A model generated the notes under the pieces. It did no database searches, had not been told where the DNA came from, and worked only from the letters and a program-made list of their open reading frames with translations. Position numbers and translations under genes: made by a program. 64,000 bases of DNA from an uncultured Solirubrobacterales bacterium (GTDB lineage: Bacteria > Actinomycetota > Thermoleophilia > Solirubrobacterales > 70-9): positions 1,805,782 to 1,869,781 of the forward strand of contig OY969802.1 of assembly GCA_963703235.1 (NCBI GenBank), read 5' to 3'. The stretch's first letter is position 1; every line of letters begins with the position of its first letter. This document shows positions 25,501-32,938 of the stretch, in pieces.

Positions 25501-25812
25501 GGTCTTGACCGCGTCGTCGACGATCATCACACGGCTCCGCCCGAGTGCCTCGGGGTCCATGTAGGCGAGGGCGGAGCCGCAGATCACCGGCACGCGGACC
25601 GGCACCAGCAGCTCCTGGCGGGCGTAACGCAGCACCGCCTCGAGCAGCCTCACCCCTTTCGTCTCGGCCGGGACCAGGTAGTCGGGTTCGCGCTGCTCGA
25701 TCTGCTCCAGCAGCCAGCTCGCGAACCCGGGCAGCAGGTTGCGCTCGAACGCCGTCTTGCCGCGCCCCCGCTGACCGCGGTGCAGCGACGGATTCGCCAG
25801 GGTCGCCTCCAT
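22561..25812 (-). CDS. 1083-aa multidomain protein with an N-terminal type I phosphoribosyltransferase-like domain and a C-terminal class III nucleotidyl-cyclase-like domain
   Basis: Track ORF. PRPP-loop signature SRVMIVDDAVKTGANL, preceded by LVPAETKGVRLLEAV. C-terminal motifs ASVLSVDLAGS, AGDDLWIEFP, WRFHAAVDAGELLVG, VAGCLNRVTKLAKK and DDVFVAPAAWELC are collinear with the cyclase homology domain core motifs. The CDS call is strong. The domain calls come from motif recall only. Confidence 0.8.
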   Translation of the reverse strand: MEATLANPSLHRGQRGRGKTAFERNLLPGFASWLLEQIEQREPDYLVPAETKGVRLLEAVLRYARQELLVPVRVPVICGSALAYMDPEALGRSRVMIVDDAVKTGANLERHRARVESYGATVAQAVACVGDADVAHPGADCYLSVEDDLYREYVWQLTELVVARGLPPEVDHFLFELRLPERLQRSWWKLEEALGAYGTVTIDASRERRDEFHPMTLHFPALPGIAPGGEEEGGAAGPRKLRFFPDPQNDCVYVVPVAFPALTLPPPDDLHRPRYSADPVRERIRAAVGRAGSVGELLAGEARALDAETAFEALSAGMEVELACGLATVLAADFPGAELVAQREPFERLYGPDLAAAVVAHVAADLDAAAAREASFERVEGGAPQLFLDSRVADATESMEAELRAMYEEWLAHPEHDPAVRTGRSLPEIVAALPDRDPLLASRCVDFGLATTTIVPFVAVEPRADGSLLAQRKYRVSELGRDEQPHNVNAFRLGLSEEAAAAICHCVADRSQRFAGEPIPLEMLTSLVAILQPLVFEDQSIVLEVRPSPGAPEPVLLHSERPVPLGEHTSRFYSVKGGAVKPTRRFRRGWDDDALSLDLRKSAAEIDAHVGLLAPFLDELEPARLDAMLKAWAMCTDGRFGLTHVRSSIEAAVEALSRPLNLILREEPHERSHGVAIRAEEHLAAARAKLQLLDGDWSAPLRERWQKPAERRPGKKPPKPERRVLASLRAPAERAIYELPRQLVELISALAAFVESLDGASVLAWRGEQASGQAASEAAVAASARACRALTSLVDGGEVPLPPRQTKKAIAAAAEELLSVFEQVRTFVAAAAGPADRELVRLRPPRDVDRHASVLSVDLAGSRSHTRKNEPRADRAWRNSGLGMATLWIAAFLGREGREPAGDDLWIEFPVGDPAVLCGAAIQLHARAFGVDRKGEPHWRFHAAVDAGELLVGHNERNTVAGCLNRVTKLAKKCDADAETDDVFVAPAAWELCSAALRDDAAGRELSEDVELGDGDEDRERLRPVAVDARGAIHLLAERIGAVSAALRREAPALAEAPLDLRADGARVDDAAEASGSAEAGGA

Positions 25813-25920
25813 GGGCGACTCAAGCTACACCTTGAAACGACCGTTTTGTTTCCGAAACCTTGCAGATTGCGGCGAACTGACGCAGTCGCCTCCCAACGGG
25901 GGGAGGTCATCGACAGAGAG

Positions 25921-25955
25921 CTAGGACATAAACTAGGACATATTGCTCAATGTCC
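25921..25955. promoter_or_regulatory. repeat array (CTAGGACATA x2 and GGACAT-N8-ATGTCC) in the lower-GC region upstream of the PRTase-cyclase gene
   Basis: ctaggacata at 25921 and 25933. Inverted repeat GGACAT attgctca ATGTCC at 25936-25955. Further GTCC/GGAC half-sites extend to about 26005. Confidence 0.35.
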
Positions 25956-25994
25956 CAGTTTATAAGTTCCTTGTCCGAGCTTTTGGTCCTAGTC

Positions 25995-27407
25995 CTAGCT
26001 CGTGTCCGAGTCCGGCTTCTGCCCGGCCAGGCGGTAGCGACGCCGGGGGTTGTTGACCGGCCCGTCGCTCGGCGCGACCCGGCCGTCCGCCTGCATCGCA
26101 GCGAGGATGCGGCGCACCTGCCTCACGCTGACGCTGAGGGCCTCGGCGAGCTCCTTGGGCGAGCGCTCGGCCCCCTTCAGCAGCTCGATCATCTCGACCG
26201 AGCGATCGCGCCGCTCGCGCTTGGGCGCCGTCGAGACTGCGGCCGCCGCCTGCGAGTGTGGCCGCAGCGTCACGCGCAGGATCGGGCCGGGCTCGGTCCA
26301 CTCCGGCAGCGGGTAGCCGCGCTCCGAGGCGGCGAGCGCCTTGGCGTAGGCGGTGCCGTGCTTCTCCACGTAGCCGAGGGCGTGGAGGACGTTCATCACG
26401 GCCCGGTTGCGGACGCGGCTGATGCCCTCTTCGAGCTGCTCGACGCTCATGCCGACGGGCATCCCACCGGGGCTGTCGATGACCAGGCGATCGCTGTAGA
26501 TCGAGACGTTGAGGTGCATCCCGGGGGCGCTGTAGTCGGCGTGGGCGACGGCGTTGTGCAGGATCTCGCGCAGGACCTCCGGGTCGTAGTGGGAGATGTC
26601 CCGCCGGCGACGACCGGGCAAGTCTTGAGCAACGCCGGTGTTGCGGGCGATGAAGTTCTCCACCTCCTCGATCGCCCCCAGGAGCGGCACGTCCACCCAT
26701 TCGGCAGAGTCGATCGCGTCGCCGCCCTTGTCCATACCCGGATAGCGAATCGCCCGGAAGTAGGCGTCGGGGAGAAAGCGGCCCGGCTCCTTCCCGAACA
26801 GCAGCACACCAGCATGCGTGGGAACGAGCTGGTCGTTCTGAAAGACGGCCAGCTCGAAGCTCTCGAGCTTTCCCTCGTCGATCTCGACGCCGACCTGGCC
26901 GAAGGCCGCTTCGATCGCCTCGCGATCGACGTCCTCGAGCGTCGCTGCGGCGGCCGGCAGCTGATCGAAGCCATCGCGCCCGCGCCGCTCGCGGCGGATC
27001 TGCTCGAGGCGCGCCTCGTCGGTCACCGGCATCGCGTTGGAGCCGACCCGCTCGTAGACAGTCGACTTCTCGCCCTCGCGCAGCGCCAGCGGCTCAGGGC
27101 CCTGGAAGAACTGTGCGTCGACGACCACGACCTCCTTGTCGTCCTGGGTGGCGATGCTGACCAGGGGCGACTGGCGCGGCTCGGTCAGGTCGTAGATCGC
27201 CTGCGAAACGGCCTGCTCAACCCCCTGCGGGCTCTCGAGGCCGACGACGTTGCGATCGTCGTCGACGCCGATGACGATCCAGCCGCCGGCGGTGTTGCAG
27301 AAGGCGACGAAGCACTTGGCGATCCCGCGGGGCGAGGAGGCGTCGAGCTTGAAGTCGACGGCGCGACCCTCCCGCTCGCCGAGGAGCTCTTCGATCAGCC
27401 TGGCCAT
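25995..27407 (-). CDS. Schlafen/AlbA_2 domain plus HATPase_c_4-like plus C-terminal wHTH protein (COG2865 'RecG-like' putative regulator family)
   Basis: Track ORF of 470 aa. N-terminus EGRAVDFKLD...IAKCFVAFCNTAGGWIVIGVDD is the AlbA_2 pattern. The middle REILHNAVAHADYS...VIDSPGG is HATPase_c_4-like. The C-terminus SPKELAEALSVSVRQVRRILAAMQADGRV is wHTH-like. Confidence 0.75.
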   Translation of the reverse strand: MARLIEELLGEREGRAVDFKLDASSPRGIAKCFVAFCNTAGGWIVIGVDDDRNVVGLESPQGVEQAVSQAIYDLTEPRQSPLVSIATQDDKEVVVVDAQFFQGPEPLALREGEKSTVYERVGSNAMPVTDEARLEQIRRERRGRDGFDQLPAAAATLEDVDREAIEAAFGQVGVEIDEGKLESFELAVFQNDQLVPTHAGVLLFGKEPGRFLPDAYFRAIRYPGMDKGGDAIDSAEWVDVPLLGAIEEVENFIARNTGVAQDLPGRRRRDISHYDPEVLREILHNAVAHADYSAPGMHLNVSIYSDRLVIDSPGGMPVGMSVEQLEEGISRVRNRAVMNVLHALGYVEKHGTAYAKALAASERGYPLPEWTEPGPILRVTLRPHSQAAAAVSTAPKRERRDRSVEMIELLKGAERSPKELAEALSVSVRQVRRILAAMQADGRVAPSDGPVNNPRRRYRLAGQKPDSDTS

Positions 27408-27419
27408 CCTGGTCGGCCG

Positions 27420-28118
<699 letters not shown>

Positions 28119-28134
28119 CTCGCTGGCATGCTCC

Positions 28135-29436
28135 TCATGCCACCGGGGTCGGGCTCGGTTGGGCGAGTGGGAGGCGGACCCAGAAGGTGCTGCCCTTCCC
28201 CTCGACGGAGGTGGCGCCGATCTCGCCGCCCATCACGTCGACCATGCGGCGGGCGATCGCCAGCCCGAGGCCGAAGCCTTCGCGCTGGCGCGACTCGTCG
28301 CGGCGGTAGAAGCGCTCGAAAACGCGCTCTATCTCCGCCTCGGGTATGCCCGGCCCGGTATCGATCACCTCCAGCACAACCTCCCTCTCGCCATCGTGAC
28401 GAGCGCGTACGGTAACCGCACCGGGCAGCGGCGTGTGCTTGAAGGCGTTGGTGAGCAGGCCGACCATCACCTGCCGCAGCAGGGTCGGGTCGCCGTTGAC
28501 GGCGAGGTCGGGCTCGACGTCGACGCTGAGCTCGATGTGCGAGGGCGTCTCCACCGTCTCGACGGTGTCGCGGACGACGGCGTCGACGTCGACCACCTCG
28601 GTCCCCCCCGCACCGATCGACTCGACCCGGGCCAGGGTCAGCAGGGAGCGGGTCAGCCGGTTCATCCGCTCGGTGTCCTCGGCGAGCCGGCCGAGGAAGT
28701 GCTCGAGCGCGTTGGGATCGTCCTTGGCGCCCTCCTGCAGGACCTCGATCGCGCTGGAGATGCCGGCCAGCGGGTTGCGCAGCTCGTGGGCGGCGTTGGA
28801 GATGAAGTCGGCTTCGGCCAGATCGCGGCGCATCTCGTCGGTGCGGTCGCGGGCGACGACGAGGACGGCCCGCTCGTCGGGCAGGGAACGGGCGCTCATC
28901 GCGTAGGCGCGGTCGCCGATCCGCAGCGCCGGGTGGGCGGCGAAGCCGACGTCGGCCGCCCGCTTCAGGTAGGTCCGCATCGACTCGGGCGGGTGGCCGT
29001 CGGGCTCGAGCAGCTTGCGCGCGGCGCGGTTGGAGAAGCGCAGGGCGCCGTCCTCGTCGACGACGATGACCGCGTCGGTGAGGCCGTCGAAGATCGCTTT
29101 CAGCTTGTTGCGGTCGGCGGTGAGGACGCCGAAGCTCTCCTTCAACGAGGCCCGCATCGAGTCGAGGGCGCGGGCGAGGTCGCCGATCTCATCGCGGCCG
29201 CCGCTCTCCAGCGGCGCGTCGAAGGAGCCGGCGGCCATCTCGCCGGCGGCGCGGGAGAGGCGGGTGACGCGGTGGGTGATGCCGACCGCGATCAGGAAGC
29301 CGACGAGGACGCCGAGGGCGATCGCGCCGAGCACGGCGCGGGGCCGGTCGCCGAAGGTGTAGACGACTCCGGCCGTGACGAAGGTCACCGCCGCGAAGGC
29401 GACGGCCAGCCAGAGGCGCATGCCGATCCGCGTCAT
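28135..29436 (-). CDS. sensor histidine kinase (2 TM, HAMP, PAS-like, HisKA, HATPase_c)
   Basis: Track ORF of 433 aa. H-box FISNAAHELRNPL, N-box LLTNAFKHT, G-boxes VIDTGPGI and GLGLAI. Confidence 0.9.
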   Translation of the reverse strand: MTRIGMRLWLAVAFAAVTFVTAGVVYTFGDRPRAVLGAIALGVLVGFLIAVGITHRVTRLSRAAGEMAAGSFDAPLESGGRDEIGDLARALDSMRASLKESFGVLTADRNKLKAIFDGLTDAVIVVDEDGALRFSNRAARKLLEPDGHPPESMRTYLKRAADVGFAAHPALRIGDRAYAMSARSLPDERAVLVVARDRTDEMRRDLAEADFISNAAHELRNPLAGISSAIEVLQEGAKDDPNALEHFLGRLAEDTERMNRLTRSLLTLARVESIGAGGTEVVDVDAVVRDTVETVETPSHIELSVDVEPDLAVNGDPTLLRQVMVGLLTNAFKHTPLPGAVTVRARHDGEREVVLEVIDTGPGIPEAEIERVFERFYRRDESRQREGFGLGLAIARRMVDVMGGEIGATSVEGKGSTFWVRLPLAQPSPTPVA

Positions 29437-29452
29437 CGCGGCCCGGTCCCCA

Positions 29453-29480
29453 CCGGTTCATCCCGCCCGATCCGGTTCAT
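29453..29480. promoter_or_regulatory. direct repeat CCGGTTCAT-N10-CCGGTTCAT in the divergent HK-RR / GT2 promoter region
   Basis: Copies at 29453-29461 and 29472-29480, 19 bp start to start. OmpR-family regulators typically bind direct repeats. Confidence 0.3.
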
Positions 29481-29530
29481 GAAGGTTTACTAACACAATG
29501 CCGGCTGGCCTGCATGGGAGAATCGCCTCA

Positions 29531-30289
29531 ATGCGAACGCTGGTGTTCATTCCGGCCTGGAACGAGGCCGACTCCGTCGCCGCGGTGATCGCCGGGGTGC
29601 GGGAGCGTCTGCCCGAGGTCGACGTGCTGGTGGTCGACGACGGCTCGACCGACGCGACCGGGGCGCGTGCCCGCGAGGCCGGGGCGACCGTCGCCACGCT
29701 TCCCTTCAACCAGGGCCTGGGGGCGGCGCTGCAGACGGGCTACCTCTACGCGCTGCGCCATGGCTATGACTGCTGCGCCCACCTCGACGCCGACGGCCAG
29801 CACCCGCCGGCCGAGGTTGCGCGGCTGCTGGAGGAGGTCGAGGCCGACCGCGCCGACCTGGTGATCGGCTCGCGCTACCGCGAGCGCGGCGCGGAGGGCG
29901 AGGGGGCTGCGGGCGGTGGCGAGGCCGGCGACGGCGCCGACTACCGGCCGACGATCTCGCGCCGGATCGGCACCAGCGTCTTCCGCTTCTTCCTCACCTT
30001 GGCGACCCGGCAGCGCTTCACCGACACGACCAGCGGCATGCGGGCCGCCAACCGGCGCGTGATGGCGCTCTTCAGCGCCCACTACTCGCCCGACTTCGCC
30101 GAGATCGAGTCGCTGCAGCTGGCGGTGAGGCAGGGGCTGCGGGTCGAGGAGGTGCCGGTGCGGATGCTCGAGCGCGCCGGCGGCTCCTCCTTCCTGACGC
30201 CGCTGCGCTCGGCCTTCTTCATCTTCAAGGGGATGATCGTGCTGCTGGTCGGCCAGTTCCGGCCGCGGCGGGTGGAGGCGGAGCGATGA
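29531..30289 (+). CDS. family 2 glycosyltransferase
   Basis: The track ORF starts at 29498. I prefer the ATG at 29531, which follows gggaga. Motifs FIPAWNE...VLVVDDGSTD...HLDADGQH. Confidence 0.85.
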   Translation: MRTLVFIPAWNEADSVAAVIAGVRERLPEVDVLVVDDGSTDATGARAREAGATVATLPFNQGLGAALQTGYLYALRHGYDCCAHLDADGQHPPAEVARLLEEVEADRADLVIGSRYRERGAEGEGAAGGGEAGDGADYRPTISRRIGTSVFRFFLTLATRQRFTDTTSGMRAANRRVMALFSAHYSPDFAEIESLQLAVRQGLRVEEVPVRMLERAGGSSFLTPLRSAFFIFKGMIVLLVGQFRPRRVEAER

Positions 30290-30732
30290 GGACGGTGGCG
30301 CTGCTCGCCGCCGCGGGCGACCCGACGGTCCACCTCACCTCGCAGACGCGGATCCTGGCGGCGACGATCGCCGTCGTCTTCATGGCCCTGATCCTGGAGC
30401 TGATCCGCCGCGACAAGCTGCAGGAGCGCTACAGCGTCGTCTGGTTCGTCGCCGGGTTGGGGATGCTCGCCGGCGCCGCCTTCCCCGGATTGCTCGGCGT
30501 CGTCGCCGACCTGCTGGGCGTCCGCGACACCAACGTCGCCCTCTTCTCGATCATCCTGCTGCTGCTGCTGGGGCTGGCGCTCAACTTCAGCGTGATCATG
30601 TCCCGCCAGGCCGCCCAGATAACGCGCCTGGCCCAGGAGCGGGCGCTGGAGAAGGCGCGTGAGGAAGCGGCAACGGAGAGCAACGGCGACAGGTCATTGC
30701 ATCCTGCGCCGACCTCCGGCGAGGATTCTTGA
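30286..30732 (+). CDS. DUF2304-like small membrane protein (the usual partner of this GT2 family)
   Basis: Track ORF of 148 aa. ATGA overlap with the GT2 gene. Motif LELIRRDKLQERYSVVW and three hydrophobic helices. Confidence 0.7.
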   Translation: MRTVALLAAAGDPTVHLTSQTRILAATIAVVFMALILELIRRDKLQERYSVVWFVAGLGMLAGAAFPGLLGVVADLLGVRDTNVALFSIILLLLLGLALNFSVIMSRQAAQITRLAQERALEKAREEAATESNGDRSLHPAPTSGEDS

Positions 30733-30898
30733 ACGCTGAGACCGCAGAAGTGCCTATGAAGACGAGCATGACGAGCGTATAAAGCGCTTCGATAGGAAGG
30801 GTGATGGCTTCCGAAGGCTGAAGAGCGTCGAAGGAGAGCTTCATCGCCTGGGCTCCGAGGGAAAGTGCGAATGCCTTGAAGATGAAATCCCAGCCCAT
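30596..30898 (-). CDS. possible small membrane protein; the 3' end is uncertain because the last 45 or so codons are antisense to the DUF2304 gene
   Basis: Track ORF. GGAGG lies 6 nt upstream of the ATG at 30898. The hydrophobic N-terminal 55 aa sit in a lower-GC patch. Confidence 0.3.
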   Translation of the reverse strand: MGWDFIFKAFALSLGAQAMKLSFDALQPSEAITLPIEALYTLVMLVFIGTSAVSAFKNPRRRSAQDAMTCRRCSPLPLPHAPSPAPAPGPGALSGRPGGT

Positions 30899-30900
30899 GC

Positions 30901-31137
30901 TCAGCCTCCTTCCAGGGCGAAATCAACTAAGACAATAAGTATCATACCTGCAATTCCTGCAGCCGACCCCACTGCCGTCCACCACGTGAGCTTGTGCTCC
31001 GGCTTGTGGACCAGCACCGCCCAAGTCCGAAGGCAGACGGCACCTGCTCCCGCCATCGCGATCAGCACTTGCGCGGCGCCGAAGGTGGGCTGGAGGAGCA
31101 GTCCGAACAGGGTCAACCCAATGGGCGGAAGTGGCAT
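30901..31137 (-). CDS. small two-helix membrane protein, hypothetical
   Basis: Track ORF of 78 aa with two hydrophobic helices. It lies in a lower-GC patch and its stop abuts the RBS and ATG of the next small ORF. Confidence 0.45.
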   Translation of the reverse strand: MPLPPIGLTLFGLLLQPTFGAAQVLIAMAGAGAVCLRTWAVLVHKPEHKLTWWTAVGSAAGIAGMILIVLVDFALEGG

Positions 31138-31201
31138 GCCACGACCGTAGGAGTCGCGGGCGCACGCGTGGCGCGCTGGATGTGCCGCCTTTGGAAATTC
31201 C

Positions 31202-32320
31202 CTAGGTCAGCTCGCGCTCGAGCCGGAACGAGAGCGCCTCCAGGGCCAGCTCCTCGGAGACGTTGAGGTCGAGACGGCGGCGGGTGTCCTGGACCAGCTC
31301 GGCGGCGCGGCGGGCGCGGGCCGGGTCGAGGCCGGTGGCTTTGGCGCGGAGGTCGTCGAGGCGGTCGCGGTTGCAGGCGAGGTCGGCGGCGCCGGCTGCC
31401 GTCGCGGCGAGGTCACGGTACCAGGTGGCCGCGAGGCCGAGACCGAGGTCGAGCAGCTCGGTGCGGCGGCGGCGGCCGGCCCGCTTGGCGGCGTCGGACA
31501 GGTCGCGGGCGGAGCGCTTCATGCCCGCCTCTTTCTCCTCTTCGAGCGTCTCGCGAACAGCCGCCTCGGCCTCCTCCCCGGCCGCCTCGGCGTCGGCGAG
31601 CAGGGCTTCCCAGTCCATCGCGGTCGCGTCGGCGCGGAGCTTGCGGCCCTCCTCCGTGAGGAGGAAACGGGCAAGGTCGAGATCCCCGCCGGAGAGGCGC
31701 GCTGCGGCAGCGAGCTCGTCGGCGGAGGTGTCTCCCCTCGGCCGTGCCCCCCTTCCCTCGGCGTCAGCCGCACTGGCGCGCAGCGCGGCTTCCACCGCCT
31801 CGAGCGGCAGCGGCGCGAAGTCGACCGGCTGGCAGCGGGAGGCGATCGTCTCCAGCAGCGCCGCCGGCTCGGAGCTGAGCAGGATCAGGTGGACGAACGG
31901 CGGCGGCTCCTCGAGCGTCTTCAGCAGCGCGTTCTGGCTCTCGTCGCGCATCGCCTCGGCCGCCTCGATCACGAAGACGCGCTTGCCGCCCTCGAAAGGG
32001 CGGTAGGCGGCAGAGCGGATCACCCGCTCGCGCACCTCCTCGACCATGTGCTGGGCGCCGCTGGGGGCGAGCCAGACGAGGTCGGGGTGCGGCGAGGGGT
32101 CGAGCAGGGCGCGGCGGCGAACGTCGTCGGGATCCTCGGCCCCCGTGGCGAGGATCTCGGCGGCGAAGGCCCGTGCCGCCGCCCGCTTGCCGGCGCCGCG
32201 CGGTCCGCGGAAGAGGTAGGCATGAGCCGGACCCGCCGCCAGCGCCGCGGCGAGCGCCGTCCGCGCCCGCGGCTGGTGCTCCAGCATTCGATGAAGCTTT
32301 GTAGCCGTCATAGGGCGCAC
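31202..32320 (-). CDS. holB: DNA polymerase III subunit delta-prime
   Basis: Track ORF of 372 aa. Motifs HAYLFRGPRGAGK, QNALLKTLEEPP and SRCQ. Lies downstream of tmk and topA, as in other Actinobacteria. Confidence 0.85.
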   Translation of the reverse strand: MRPMTATKLHRMLEHQPRARTALAAALAAGPAHAYLFRGPRGAGKRAAARAFAAEILATGAEDPDDVRRRALLDPSPHPDLVWLAPSGAQHMVEEVRERVIRSAAYRPFEGGKRVFVIEAAEAMRDESQNALLKTLEEPPPFVHLILLSSEPAALLETIASRCQPVDFAPLPLEAVEAALRASAADAEGRGARPRGDTSADELAAAARLSGGDLDLARFLLTEEGRKLRADATAMDWEALLADAEAAGEEAEAAVRETLEEEKEAGMKRSARDLSDAAKRAGRRRRTELLDLGLGLAATWYRDLAATAAGAADLACNRDRLDDLRAKATGLDPARARRAAELVQDTRRRLDLNVSEELALEALSFRLERELT

Positions 32321-32326
32321 AATGCT

Positions 32327-32926
32327 TCACTCAGCGTCGGGAGTGCGCTGACGTACGGCTTCCATTACGCGCTCGTGGACTTCCTCGACGCTGCCGGCGC
32401 CGTCCACTACCACCACGCGGTCGGAGGCGACCTGGGCGATCTCCTCGTAGGCCTCGGCGACGGCGCGCTGCAGCTCCAGGCCCTCGGCCTCGAGGCGGTC
32501 GTTGCCATCGGCCCGATCATGGCCCACCTCGGGGTCGAGGCGCAGGAGAACGGTGAGGTCCGGCCAGAGGCCGTCGGTGGCGGCGTCGGTGAGCGAGATC
32601 GTCTCCCCCACCCCGAGCCCTCGAGCCGCCCCCTGGTAGGCGACGCTGGAGTCGGCGAAGCGGTCGGAGACGACGTCGCGGCCGGCCTCCAGCGCCGGCC
32701 GGATCACCTGGGCGGTGAGGTCGGCCCTGGCTGCCAGGAAGAGCAGCAGCTCGGCGAACGGGTCCAGCCGCAGGGCCGGATCGGCGAGCACCTCGCGGAT
32801 TCGCTCCGCCGCCGCCGTCCCCCCCGGCTCGCGGATCAGCAGCGTCTCGGGGCCGAGCGCCTCGGCGAGCAGCCGCGCCTGGGTGCTCTTCCCGGAGCCG
32901 TCGATGCCCTCGAGAGAGACGAACAA
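32327..32926 (-). CDS. tmk: thymidylate kinase
   Basis: Track ORF of 199 aa, TTG start. Motifs FVSLEGIDGSGKSTQ and REPGGT. Confidence 0.9.
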   Translation of the reverse strand: MFVSLEGIDGSGKSTQARLLAEALGPETLLIREPGGTAAAERIREVLADPALRLDPFAELLLFLAARADLTAQVIRPALEAGRDVVSDRFADSSVAYQGAARGLGVGETISLTDAATDGLWPDLTVLLRLDPEVGHDRADGNDRLEAEGLELQRAVAEAYEEIAQVASDRVVVVDGAGSVEEVHERVMEAVRQRTPDAE

Positions 32927-32938
32927 GGCCGGGCGGCC

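Noticed and set aside
18297-27419. Prophage or integrative-element call for the accessory stretch
   Set aside because: I recognise no integrase, recombinase, transposase, phage structural or conjugation genes and no flanking tRNA. Only compositional patches and one pair of direct repeats are present.
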